From Spirochaetota bacterium (GTDB lineage: Bacteria; Spirochaetota; UBA4802; UBA5550), in NCBI GenBank assembly GCA_963664815.2, contig CAXXHB010000003.1:544001-608000 (forward strand): a stretch of 64,000 nt of DNA, in the 5' to 3' direction. Shown here in pieces: positions 39,023-48,737 of the stretch. The notes under the pieces were generated by a model. It did no database searches and had not been told where the DNA came from. It saw only the letters and a program-made list of their open reading frames with translations. A program made the translations under genes and the position numbers. How positions within the stretch are numbered: position 1 is the stretch's first letter; the number at the start of each line of letters is the position of its first letter.

Positions 39023-42000
39023 CTACCATGTAGTCCCGCTGTCTGTCGATGATGCAAATTTCAGATAACCGAGCAGTGAATCTATATGAGATATATAGAT
39101 ATTTGCTGTGGTATTGATTCCTATTGAGGAAGAGACACCAACAGTACTTGCGGATGTTACTATAACCGGGGTTCCAAGCCATGAGGAACCGCTGTTGGTT
39201 GATTTCTGGAACATCAGGTTGCCGTTTGTTGAGTCAAAATAACTGATATATACGGTAGTTCCGCTTGCAGCAATAGAAGAATATGTGCCGACATTATTTG
39301 CAGAATCAACTGTTACAGCGCCAACCCAGGTGGTACCACCTGAGGTTGAACTTTGAAATTTTAAATCACCGCCGGTGGCATCATAATAGCTTATGTAAAT
39401 TGTATCCAATCCGCCGCCGCCACCTGCAATCATAGACACGGAAGAGTATTGGCCGATATCATTTGCGCTCGCATCGGCATTTGTTGTAGTAAAACTTGTG
39501 CCATCGTTTGAATAGGCAAATCTAAGGTTGCCGTTTGTTGCATCATAATAACTGATATATATTTCATCTCCAGCTGTTGCATCCTGGTCAAGATAGGATG
39601 TTATAGAAGAGTACTGACCGACATCAGCGGTTGAATCGACGGTTGTAGCAGATCCAAGCCATGTAGAGCCACTATCGGTTGATTTCTGAAACATCAGGTA
39701 TTTAGTTGTGGCATCATAATAACTTATATAGATGTTGTTTGTGCTGCTGACTGTGGTTATGGAAGAGTACTGGCCGACGTCGTTTGCTGATGAGTCGACA
39801 GCTATAGCAGATCCAAGCCATGTGGCGCCGCTGTCGGTTGATTCCTGGAACATAAGGTTTTTACCAATTGCATCATAATAGCTTATATAGATATTTGTGC
39901 CGTTCACTGTGATTGAACAGTATTCGCCTACATTAGTAGAGGTTGCATTATCAACAACTACAGGAGAGGCGAGCCATGTGGCGCCGCTATCGGTAGATTT
40001 CTGGAACAGTAATTGTCCACTTGAATAATAGCAGATATAGATATTTGTTCCATTTACTGCAATGTCTGTATAATCGGAAACATTGCCGCTTTGATCTATA
40101 GAAACACATTTTGCAGCGGTACCTGAAACGGCGATGGTTTTAGTTCCAAGTTCAGAAGTGGCAATGTTGATAGTGCCAGAGAAAGGAGATCCGGTTGTAG
40201 TAGTAGGACTGAAAGTTACATTGAAGGTATAACTTGATCCAGCAGCAATAGATGTTGCACTACCAGTTTGTGCGAATGGAGAAACTAACCCGGTAATACC
40301 AGTGATAGTAAGAGCTGCGTTGCCAGTATTATTTATAGTAACAGGTATTGCTGAACTTGTGCTGCCAACGTTAACGGTTCCGAAATTAATGGATGTTGGA
40401 GAGATAAAAGCGATAGGTGCTGAAACGCCATTCCCAGTAAGAGCGATAGTTTTAGTTCCGAGTTCAGTAGTAACAATATTGATGGTGTCCGAATAAGCGA
40501 CTGCAGCTATAGGTGAAAAAGTTGCATAGAAAGTATAGCTTGAGCCTGCAGTTACAGTGCTGGCAACACCAGTATGTGCAAAATGAAGACCTGTTGTGAG
40601 ATTGATACCGGTGATGTGTAGATCAGCGTCCCCGGTATTCTGAATAACGATAGCCATTGAAGTGCTTGTAGTGGAAAGATTTACATTGCCAAAATCGACA
40701 CTTGGAGTATAAACAGCGACTGGTGCAGTGATACCTGTACCAGAGAGTGCTATAGTTTTAGTTCCGAGTTCAGTAGTAACAATATTGATGGTGTCAGAAT
40801 AAGCGACTGCAGCTATAGGTGAAAAAGTTGCATAGAAAGTATAGCTTGAGCCTGCAGTTACAGTGCTGGCAACACCAGTATGTGCAAAACGAAGACCTGT
40901 TGTAAGATTGATTGCGGTGATGTGTAGATCAGCGTCCCCGGTATTCTGAATAACAACAGCCATTGCTGAGCTGGTAGTGCTAATATGTACATTGCCGAAA
41001 TCGACATTTGGAGTATAAACAGCGACTGGTGCAGTGATACCTGTACCAGAGAGTGTTATAGTTTTAGTTCCGAGTTCAGTAGTAACAATATTGATGGTGT
41101 CAGAATAAGCGACTGCAGCTATAGGTGAAAAAGTTGTATAGAAAGTATAGCTTGAACCTGCGGTTACAGTAGTTGGGCTGACGCCTGTTTGTGCAAAACG
41201 AAGACCTGTTGTGAGATTGATGCCGGTGATATGTAGATCAGCGTTCCCGGTATTTTGAATTACAACAGCCATTGCTGAGCTGGTAGTGCTAATATGTACA
41301 TTGCCGAAATCGACACTTGGAGTATAAACAGCGACTGGTGTTGCGGTAGCAGTACCAGTGAGAGCGATAGTTTTAGTTCCAAGTTCAGTAGTGGCGATGT
41401 TGATGGTGTCAGAGAAAGGAGACCCGGTAGTAGTAGTTGGGCTAAAAGTTACGTTGAAGGTGTAACTTGATCCTGCAGCAATAGTTGTTGCGCCACCAGT
41501 ATTAGTGAATGGAGCAGCAAGTCCGGTGATAGCAGTGACAGTAAGAGCTGCGTTCCCGGTGTTCTGAATAGTAACAGATACAGTACTGGTGGTGTTAATT
41601 TCGACATTACCGAAATCGACATTTGGAGTATAAACAGCGACTGGTGTTGCGGTAGCAGTACCAGTGAGAGCGATAGTTTTAGTTCCAAGTTCAGTAGTGG
41701 CGATGTTGATGGTGTCAGAGAAAGGAGACCCGGTAGTAGTAGTTGGGCTAAAAGTTACGTTGAAGGTGTAACTTGATCCTGCAGTAATAGTTGTTGCGCC
41801 ACCAGTATGAGTGAATGGAGCAGCAAGTCCGGTGATAGCAGTGACAGTAAGAGTTGCGTCCCCGGTATTCTGGATAGTAACAGCTACAGTACTGGTGGTG
41901 TTAATTTCGACATTACCGAAATCGACATTTGGAGTATAAACAGCGACTGGTGCAGTGATACCTGTACCAGAGAGTGTTATAGTTTTAGTTCCGAGTTCAG

Positions 42001-45000
42001 TAGTAACAATATTGATGGTGTCAGAATAAGCGACTGCAGCTATAGGTGAAAAAGTTGTATAGAAAGTATAGCTTGAGCCTGCGGTTACAGTAGTTGGGCT
42101 GACGCCTGTTTGTGCAAAACGAAGACCTGTTGTGAGATTGATGCCGGTGATATGTAGATCAGCGTTCCCGGTATTTTGAATTACAACAGCCATTGCTGAG
42201 CTGGTAGTGCTAATATGTACATTGCCGAAATCGACACTTGGAGTATAAACAGCGACTGGTGTTGCGGTAGCAGTACCAGTGAGAGCGATAGTTTTAGTTC
42301 CAAGTTCAGTAGTGGCGATGTTGATGGTGTCAGAGAAAGGAGACCCGGTAGTAGTAGTTGGGCTAAAAGTTACGTTGAAGGTGTAACTTGATCCTGCAGT
42401 AATAGTTGTTGCGCCACCAGTATTAGTGAATGGAGCAGCAAGTCCGGTGATACCAGTGACAGTAAGAGTTGCGTCCCCGGTATTCTGGATAGTAACAGCT
42501 ACAGTGCTGGTAGTATTAATTTCGACATTACCGAAATCGACATTTGGAGTATAAACAGCGACTGGTGCAGTGATACCTGTACCAGAGAGTGTTATAGTTT
42601 TAGTTCCGAGTTCAGTAGTAACAATATTGATGGTGTCAGAATAAGCGACTGCAGCTATAGGTGAAAAAGTTGTATAGAAAGTATAGCTTGAGCCTGCGGT
42701 TACAGTAGTTGGGCTGACGCCTGTTTGTGCAAAACGAAGACCTGTTGTGAGATTGATGCCGGTGATATGTAGATCAGCGTTCCCGGTATTTTGAATTACA
42801 ACAGCCATTGCTGAGCTGGTAGTGCTAATATGTACATTGCCGAAATCGACATTTGGAGTATAAACAGCGACTGGTGTTGCGGTAGCAGTACCAGTGAGAG
42901 CGATAGTTTTAGTTCCAAGTTCAGTAGTGGCGATGTTGATGGTGTCAGAGAAAGGAGACCCGGTAGTAGTAGTTGGGCTAAAAGTTACGTCGAAGGTGTA
43001 ACTTGATCCTGCAGTAATAGTTGTTGCGCCACCAGTATGAGTGAATGGAGCAGCAAGTCCGGTGATAGCAGTGACAGTAAGAGCTGCGTTCCCGGTATTC
43101 TGAATAGTAACAGATACAGTACTGGTGGTGTTAATTTCGACATTACCAAAATCGACATTTGGAGTATAAACAGCGACTGGTGTTGCGGTAGCAGTACCAG
43201 TGAGAGCGATAGTTTTAGTCCCAAGTTCAGTAGTGGCGATGTTGATGGTGTCAGAGAAAGGAGACCCGGTAGTAGTAGTTGGGCTAAAAGTTACGTTGAA
43301 GGTGTAACTTGATCCTGCAGTAATAGTTGTTGCGCCACCAGTATGAGTGAATGGAGCAGCAAGTCCGGTGATAGCAGTGACAGTAAGAGTTGCGTCCCCG
43401 GTATTCTGGATAGTAACAGCTACAGTACTGGTGGTGTTAATTTCGACATTACCGAAATCGACATTTGGAGTATAAACAGCGACTGGTGCAGTGATACCTG
43501 TACCAGAGAGTGTTATAGTTTTAGTTCCGAGTTCAGTAGTAACAATATTGATGGTGTCAGAATAAGCGACTGCAGCTATAGGTGAAAAAGTTGTATAGAA
43601 AGTATAGCTTGAACCTGCGGTTACAGTAGTTGGGCTGACGCCTGTTTGTGCAAAACGAAGACCTGTTGTGAGATTGATGCCGGTGATATGTAGATCAGCG
43701 TTCCCGGTATTTTGAATTACAACAGCCATTGCTGAGCTGGTAGTGCTAATATGTACATTGCCGAAATCGACACTTGGAGTATAAACAGCGACTGGTGTTG
43801 CGGTAGCAGTACCAGTGAGAGCGATAGTTTTAGTTCCAAGTTCAGTAGTGGCGATGTTGATGGTGTCAGAGAAAGGAGACCCGGTAGTAGTAGTTGGGCT
43901 AAAAGTTACGTTGAAGGTGTAACTTGATCCTGCAGCAATAGTTGTTGCGCCACCAGTATTAGTGAATGGAGCAGCAAGTCCGGTGATAGCAGTGACAGTA
44001 AGAGCTGCGTTCCCGGTGTTCTGAATAGTAACAGATACAGTACTGGTGGTGTTAATTTCGACATTACCGAAATCGACACTTGGAGTATAAACAGCGACTG
44101 GTGTTGCGGTAGCAGTACCAGTGAGAGCGATAGTTTTAGTTCCAAGTTCAGTAGTGGCGATGTTGATGGTGTCAGAGAAAGGAGACCCGGTAGTAGTAGT
44201 TGGGCTAAAAGTTACGTTGAAGGTGTAACTTGATCCTGCAGTAATAGTTGTTGCGCCACCAGTATGAGTGAATGGAGCAGCAAGTCCGGTGATAGCAGTG
44301 ACAGTAAGAGTTGCGTCCCCGGTATTCTGGATAGTAACAGCTACAGTGCTGGTAGTATTAATTTCGACATTACCGAAATCGACATTTGGAGTATAAACAG
44401 CGACTGGTGCAGTGATACCTGTACCAGAGAGTGTTATAGTTTTAGTTCCGAGTTCAGTAGTAACAATATTGATGGTGTCAGAATAAGCGACTGCAGCTAT
44501 AGGTGAAAAAGTTGTATAGAAAGTATAGCTTGAGCCTGCGGTTACAGTAGTTGGGCTGACGCCTGTTTGTGCAAAACGAAGACCTGTTGTGAGATTGATG
44601 CCGGTGATATGTAGATCAGCGTTCCCGGTATTTTGAATTACAACAGCCATTGCTGAGCTGGTAGTGCTAATATGTACATTGCCGAAATCGACACTTGGAG
44701 TATAAACAGCGACTGGTGTTGCGGTAGCAGTACCAGTGAGAGCGATAGTTTTAGTTCCAAGTTCAGTAGTGGCGATGTTGATGGTGTCAGAGAAAGGAGA
44801 CCCGGTAGTAGTAGTTGGGCTAAAAGTTACGTTGAAGGTGTAACTTGATCCTGCAGTAATAGTTGTTGCGCCACCAGTATTAGTGAATGGAGCAGCAAGT
44901 CCGGTGATAGCAGTGACAGTAAGAGCTGCGTTCCCGGTGTTCTGAATAGTAACAGATACAGTACTGGTGGTGTTAATTTCGACATTACCAAAATCGACAT

Positions 45001-48000
45001 TTGGAGTATAAACAGCGACTGGTGTTGCGGTAGCAGTACCAGTGAGAGCGATAGTTTTAGTCCCAAGTTCAGTAGTGGCGATGTTGATGGTGTCAGAGAA
45101 AGGAGACCCGGTAGTAGTAGTTGGGCTAAAAGTTACGTTGAAGGTGTAACTTGATCCTGCAGCAATAGTTGTTGCGCCACCAGTATGAGTGAATGGAGCA
45201 GCAAGTCCGGTGATAGCAGTGACAGTAAGAGCTGCGTTCCCGGTGTTCTGAATAGTAACAGATACAGTACTGGTGGTGTTAATTTCGACATTACCAAAAT
45301 CGACATTTGGAGTATAAACAGCGACTGGTGTTGCGGTAGCAGTACCAGTGAGAGCGATAGTTTTAGTCCCAAGTTCAGTAGTGGCGATGTTGATGGTGTC
45401 AGAGAAAGGAGACCCGGTAGTAGTAGTTGGGCTAAAAGTTACGTTGAAGGTGTAACTTGATCCTGCAGTAATAGTTGTTGCGCCACCAGTATGAGTGAAT
45501 GGAGCAGCAAGTCCGGTGATAGCAGTGACAGTAAGAGTTGCGTCCCCGGTATTCTGGATAGTAACAGCTACAGTGCTGGTAGTATTAATTTCGACATTAC
45601 CGAAATCGACATTTGGAGTATAAACAGCGACTGGTGCAGTGATACCTGTACCAGAGAGTGTTATAGTTTTAGTTCCGAGTTCAGTAGTAACAATATTGAT
45701 GGTGTCAGAATAAGCGACTGCAGCTATAGGTGAAAAAGTTGTATAGAAAGTATAGCTTGAGCCTGCGGTTACAGTAGTTGGGCTGACGCCTGTTTGTGCA
45801 AAACGAAGACCTGTTGTGAGATTGATGCCGGTGATATGTAGATCAGCGTTCCCGGTATTTTGAATTACAACAGCCATTGCTGAGCTGGTAGTGCTAATAT
45901 GTACATTGCCGAAATCGACACTTGGAGTATAAACAGCGACTGGTGTTGCGGTAGCAGTACCAGTGAGAGCGATAGTTTTAGTTCCAAGTTCAGTAGTGGC
46001 GATGTTGATGGTGTCAGAGAAAGGAGACCCGGTAGTAGTAGTTGGGCTAAAAGTTACGTTGAAGGTGTAACTTGATCCTGCAGTAATAGTTGTTGCAATA
46101 CCAGTATTAGTGAATGGAGCAGCAAGTCCGGTGATACCAGTGACAGTAAGAGCTGCGTTCCCGGTGTTCTGAATAGTAACAGATACAGTACTGGTGGTGT
46201 TAATTTCGACATTACCAAAATCGACATTTGGAGTATAAACAGCGACTGGTGTTGCGGTAGCAGTACCAGTGAGAGCGATAGTTTTAGTTCCAAGTTCAGT
46301 AGTGGCGATGTTGATGGTGTCAGAGAAAGGAGACCCGGTAGTAGTAGTTGGGCTAAAAGTTACGTTGAAGGTGTAACTTGATCCTGCAGTAATAGTTGTT
46401 GCGCCACCAGTATGAGTGAATGGAGCAGCAAGTCCGGTGATAGCAGTGACAGTAAGAGTTGCGTCCCCGGTATTCTGGATAGTAACAGCTACAGTGCTGG
46501 TAGTATTAATTTCGACATTACCGAAATCGACATTTGGAGTATAAACAGCGACTGGTGCAGTGATACCTGTACCAGAGAGTGTTATAGTTTTAGTTCCGAG
46601 TTCAGTAGTAACAATATTGATGGTGTCAGAATAAGCGACTGCAGCTATAGGTGAAAAAGTTGTATAGAAAGTATAGCTTGAGCCTGCGGTTACAGTAGTT
46701 GGGCTGACGCCTGTTTGTGCAAAACGAAGACCTGTTGTGAGATTGATGCCGGTGATATGTAGATCAGCGTTCCCGGTATTTTGAATTACAACAGCCATTG
46801 CTGAGCTGGTAGTGCTAATATGTACATTGCCGAAATCGACACTTGGAGTATAAACAGCGACTGGTGTTGCGGTAGCAGTACCAGTGAGAGCGATAGTTTT
46901 AGTTCCAAGTTCAGTAGTGGCGATGTTGATGGTGTCAGAGAAAGGAGACCCGGTAGTAGTAGTTGGGCTAAAAGTTACGTTGAAGGTGTAACTTGATCCT
47001 GCAGTAATAGTTGTTGCGCCACCAGTATTAGTGAATGGAGCAGCAAGTCCGGTGATACCAGTGACAGTAAGAGCTGCGCCGCCTGTATTTTGAATAGTAA
47101 CAGCTACAGTGCTGGTGGTGTTAATTTCAACATTGCCAAAATCTATATTTGGAGTAAATACAGCAACAGGAACTGCAACACCTGTACCTGATGTAAGCGC
47201 AGTATTTGTAGTCCCGGTATCCCATGTTACTCCAATATTTGTACCGGTAAAACGTGGCCCTGCTAACGTAGGAGTAAACACTACGCTGAAAGAACTGCTG
47301 CCGCCGGCTGCAATACTGATTGGAAAAGCGGGTGTAGTAACGGTATAATCTGCAGAATATGTTCCATTCATGGCAATGCCGGTAACTGTCATTGTGGAGT
47401 TACCGGTATTATTTATATAAAAGGTATGTGTAGTGCTTGAAGAACCTAAATTAACACTGCCGAATGCAGTGTCCCCTGTCAAACTGAATGCTGGTGCAGT
47501 ACCGGTACCTTTCACGGTAAATGTATATGTACCTTCGTCCGAATCACCATTATCAATCTGAATAGTCGTAGATCGAATCCCTGAACCCCCGGGATCAAAG
47601 GTTACAGTAAAAGTTGCTGAAGAGCCGGCAGCAATTGATGCAGGCAAAGCTGAAACTGCAAACTGGACGTTGTCAAAGCTGGAAAGACCGGTGATACTTA
47701 AAGCTGCAGTACCAACATTCTGTACAGTAAATGTTTGTACTATTGTTCCTGCAAGGTAATTCTGAGTACCAAAATCGAACACACCGCTTACGCTGGTTAG
47801 ATTTGTTGAACCCTGTTTAACATTTATCTCAGGTGCAGTGCTGGCAATTCCTGAACCACCTACAGTAAAGGTGTAAGATCCTTCATCTGAATCATTGTTT
47901 GTGATTGTAATAGTAGCTGTCTTATATCCGGAAGTAGTGGGACTGAATGTAATATCAAAAGTGCCTGAAGATGATGCTGCAATTGGTGTAGTGTATGCTC

Positions 48001-48664
48001 CGACAGTGAAATCGGTTGTATTAGAATTTGAAATGCCGGAAATAGTCAGATTGGCAGTACCCAGGTTCTGAACTGTAAATGTTTTAATTATCGGTGTGGC
48101 TACTGCGGTTGAAGTATACACATAAATTCCACTGCCTGAAAGAAGATTACTCCCTGTGGCATTCTGAACATTTATCTCCGGGGAATCGGCAATTCCGACA
48201 CCGGATACAAGAAACTGGAATGAGCTTTCATTATCGGTTGAGTCGTTGTTGGCAATTGTTATATATGCAGAGTGGCTTCCCGCAGCGGCGGGATCGTATG
48301 TAATTGTAAAAGTAGCAGAACCCCCTGCCGCGATTGTTGCCGGTGTCGTTATGCCGGCAATTGTAAAATAAGAGGGATTTGCACCTGTTGCAACTATTGA
48401 ACTTATAGTCAGATTTGCGTTGCCGCTGTTTTTTATAGTGAAATTTACAACGGATGTCCCTCCGGTTACATTAAGGGAACCAAAGGAATATGGCCCCCCG
48501 CCTGTATATATCTCCGTAGCATTTAATAAAACGGATATTTCCGGCCCTGTTGTCGATGTTGTACTCCCTCCGGTTGAAGAGGAATCGGAAGATGAGGTTG
48601 TACCCCCGCAGAATATGTTTGAAAACAACAACAGGAGCATAATCATCTGTGATATTTTTTTCAT
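39023..48664 (-). CDS. Giant (3213 aa) Thr-rich surface lipoprotein: about 27 choice-of-anchor D/ASH-type Ig-like domains plus C-terminal Asp-box beta-propeller
   Basis: Spirochaete-type lipobox FSNIF-C and Ser/Thr linker; repeated DFGNV...TIQNTG..L.VT...VTFSP domains; C-terminal repeats VGQYSSI...IYISYYD...FQKSTDSGxTW. Confidence 0.88.
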   Translation of the reverse strand: MKKISQMIMLLLLFSNIFCGGTTSSSDSSSTGGSTTSTTGPEISVLLNATEIYTGGGPYSFGSLNVTGGTSVVNFTIKNSGNANLTISSIVATGANPSYFTIAGITTPATIAAGGSATFTITYDPAAAGSHSAYITIANNDSTDNESSFQFLVSGVGIADSPEINVQNATGSNLLSGSGIYVYTSTAVATPIIKTFTVQNLGTANLTISGISNSNTTDFTVGAYTTPIAASSSGTFDITFSPTTSGYKTATITITNNDSDEGSYTFTVGGSGIASTAPEINVKQGSTNLTSVSGVFDFGTQNYLAGTIVQTFTVQNVGTAALSITGLSSFDNVQFAVSALPASIAAGSSATFTVTFDPGGSGIRSTTIQIDNGDSDEGTYTFTVKGTGTAPAFSLTGDTAFGSVNLGSSSTTHTFYINNTGNSTMTVTGIAMNGTYSADYTVTTPAFPISIAAGGSSSFSVVFTPTLAGPRFTGTNIGVTWDTGTTNTALTSGTGVAVPVAVFTPNIDFGNVEINTTSTVAVTIQNTGGAALTVTGITGLAAPFTNTGGATTITAGSSYTFNVTFSPTTTTGSPFSDTINIATTELGTKTIALTGTATATPVAVYTPSVDFGNVHISTTSSAMAVVIQNTGNADLHITGINLTTGLRFAQTGVSPTTVTAGSSYTFYTTFSPIAAVAYSDTINIVTTELGTKTITLSGTGITAPVAVYTPNVDFGNVEINTTSTVAVTIQNTGDATLTVTAITGLAAPFTHTGGATTITAGSSYTFNVTFSPTTTTGSPFSDTINIATTELGTKTIALTGTATATPVAVYTPNVDFGNVEINTTSTVSVTIQNTGNAALTVTGITGLAAPFTNTGIATTITAGSSYTFNVTFSPTTTTGSPFSDTINIATTELGTKTIALTGTATATPVAVYTPSVDFGNVHISTTSSAMAVVIQNTGNADLHITGINLTTGLRFAQTGVSPTTVTAGSSYTFYTTFSPIAAVAYSDTINIVTTELGTKTITLSGTGITAPVAVYTPNVDFGNVEINTTSTVAVTIQNTGDATLTVTAITGLAAPFTHTGGATTITAGSSYTFNVTFSPTTTTGSPFSDTINIATTELGTKTIALTGTATATPVAVYTPNVDFGNVEINTTSTVSVTIQNTGNAALTVTAITGLAAPFTHTGGATTIAAGSSYTFNVTFSPTTTTGSPFSDTINIATTELGTKTIALTGTATATPVAVYTPNVDFGNVEINTTSTVSVTIQNTGNAALTVTAITGLAAPFTNTGGATTITAGSSYTFNVTFSPTTTTGSPFSDTINIATTELGTKTIALTGTATATPVAVYTPSVDFGNVHISTTSSAMAVVIQNTGNADLHITGINLTTGLRFAQTGVSPTTVTAGSSYTFYTTFSPIAAVAYSDTINIVTTELGTKTITLSGTGITAPVAVYTPNVDFGNVEINTTSTVAVTIQNTGDATLTVTAITGLAAPFTHTGGATTITAGSSYTFNVTFSPTTTTGSPFSDTINIATTELGTKTIALTGTATATPVAVYTPSVDFGNVEINTTSTVSVTIQNTGNAALTVTAITGLAAPFTNTGGATTIAAGSSYTFNVTFSPTTTTGSPFSDTINIATTELGTKTIALTGTATATPVAVYTPSVDFGNVHISTTSSAMAVVIQNTGNADLHITGINLTTGLRFAQTGVSPTTVTAGSSYTFYTTFSPIAAVAYSDTINIVTTELGTKTITLSGTGITAPVAVYTPNVDFGNVEINTTSTVAVTIQNTGDATLTVTAITGLAAPFTHTGGATTITAGSSYTFNVTFSPTTTTGSPFSDTINIATTELGTKTIALTGTATATPVAVYTPNVDFGNVEINTTSTVSVTIQNTGNAALTVTAITGLAAPFTHTGGATTITAGSSYTFDVTFSPTTTTGSPFSDTINIATTELGTKTIALTGTATATPVAVYTPNVDFGNVHISTTSSAMAVVIQNTGNADLHITGINLTTGLRFAQTGVSPTTVTAGSSYTFYTTFSPIAAVAYSDTINIVTTELGTKTITLSGTGITAPVAVYTPNVDFGNVEINTTSTVAVTIQNTGDATLTVTGITGLAAPFTNTGGATTITAGSSYTFNVTFSPTTTTGSPFSDTINIATTELGTKTIALTGTATATPVAVYTPSVDFGNVHISTTSSAMAVVIQNTGNADLHITGINLTTGLRFAQTGVSPTTVTAGSSYTFYTTFSPIAAVAYSDTINIVTTELGTKTITLSGTGITAPVAVYTPNVDFGNVEINTTSTVAVTIQNTGDATLTVTAITGLAAPFTHTGGATTITAGSSYTFNVTFSPTTTTGSPFSDTINIATTELGTKTIALTGTATATPVAVYTPNVDFGNVEINTTSTVSVTIQNTGNAALTVTAITGLAAPFTNTGGATTIAAGSSYTFNVTFSPTTTTGSPFSDTINIATTELGTKTIALTGTATATPVAVYTPSVDFGNVHISTTSSAMAVVIQNTGNADLHITGINLTTGLRFAQTGVSPTTVTAGSSYTFYTTFSPIAAVAYSDTINIVTTELGTKTITLSGTGITAPVAVYTPNVDFGNVHISTTSSAMAVVIQNTGDADLHITAINLTTGLRFAHTGVASTVTAGSSYTFYATFSPIAAVAYSDTINIVTTELGTKTIALSGTGITAPVAVYTPSVDFGNVNLSTTSTSMAIVIQNTGDADLHITGINLTTGLHFAHTGVASTVTAGSSYTFYATFSPIAAVAYSDTINIVTTELGTKTIALTGNGVSAPIAFISPTSINFGTVNVGSTSSAIPVTINNTGNAALTITGITGLVSPFAQTGSATSIAAGSSYTFNVTFSPTTTTGSPFSGTINIATSELGTKTIAVSGTAAKCVSIDQSGNVSDYTDIAVNGTNIYICYYSSGQLLFQKSTDSGATWLASPVVVDNATSTNVGEYCSITVNGTNIYISYYDAIGKNLMFQESTDSGATWLGSAIAVDSSANDVGQYSSITTVSSTNNIYISYYDATTKYLMFQKSTDSGSTWLGSATTVDSTADVGQYSSITSYLDQDATAGDEIYISYYDATNGNLRFAYSNDGTSFTTTNADASANDIGQYSSVSMIAGGGGGLDTIYISYYDATGGDLKFQSSTSGGTTWVGAVTVDSANNVGTYSSIAASGTTVYISYFDSTNGNLMFQKSTNSGSSWLGTPVIVTSASTVGVSSSIGINTTANIYISHIDSLLGYLKFASSTDSGTTW
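40420..47170 (-). repeat. Intragenic array of 22 near-identical units: 13 type A (306 bp) and 9 type B (~309 bp)
   Basis: Units counted from the translation; shadow ORFs recur at 306, 921, 1227 and 1536 bp spacing, consistent with 306+306+309 blocks. Confidence 0.9.
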
Positions 48665-48737
48665 AATTTATATCCACTTTATTAGAACAAATTTACTGTC
48701 AAATGTTACTTTTTTCCACAAAAAATCTGAAATTATT

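Noticed and set aside
41449-46654. Recurrent 79-91 aa ORFs (MSEWSSK..., MELKLSL...)
   Set aside because: Alternative-frame and antisense shadows of the giant gene's repeats.
40420-47170. Repeat array as a CRISPR array or diversity-generating retroelement
   Set aside because: Units are ~300-bp in-frame coding repeats with no unique spacers. Variation is not adenine-specific, and there is no reverse transcriptase or cas gene in the window.
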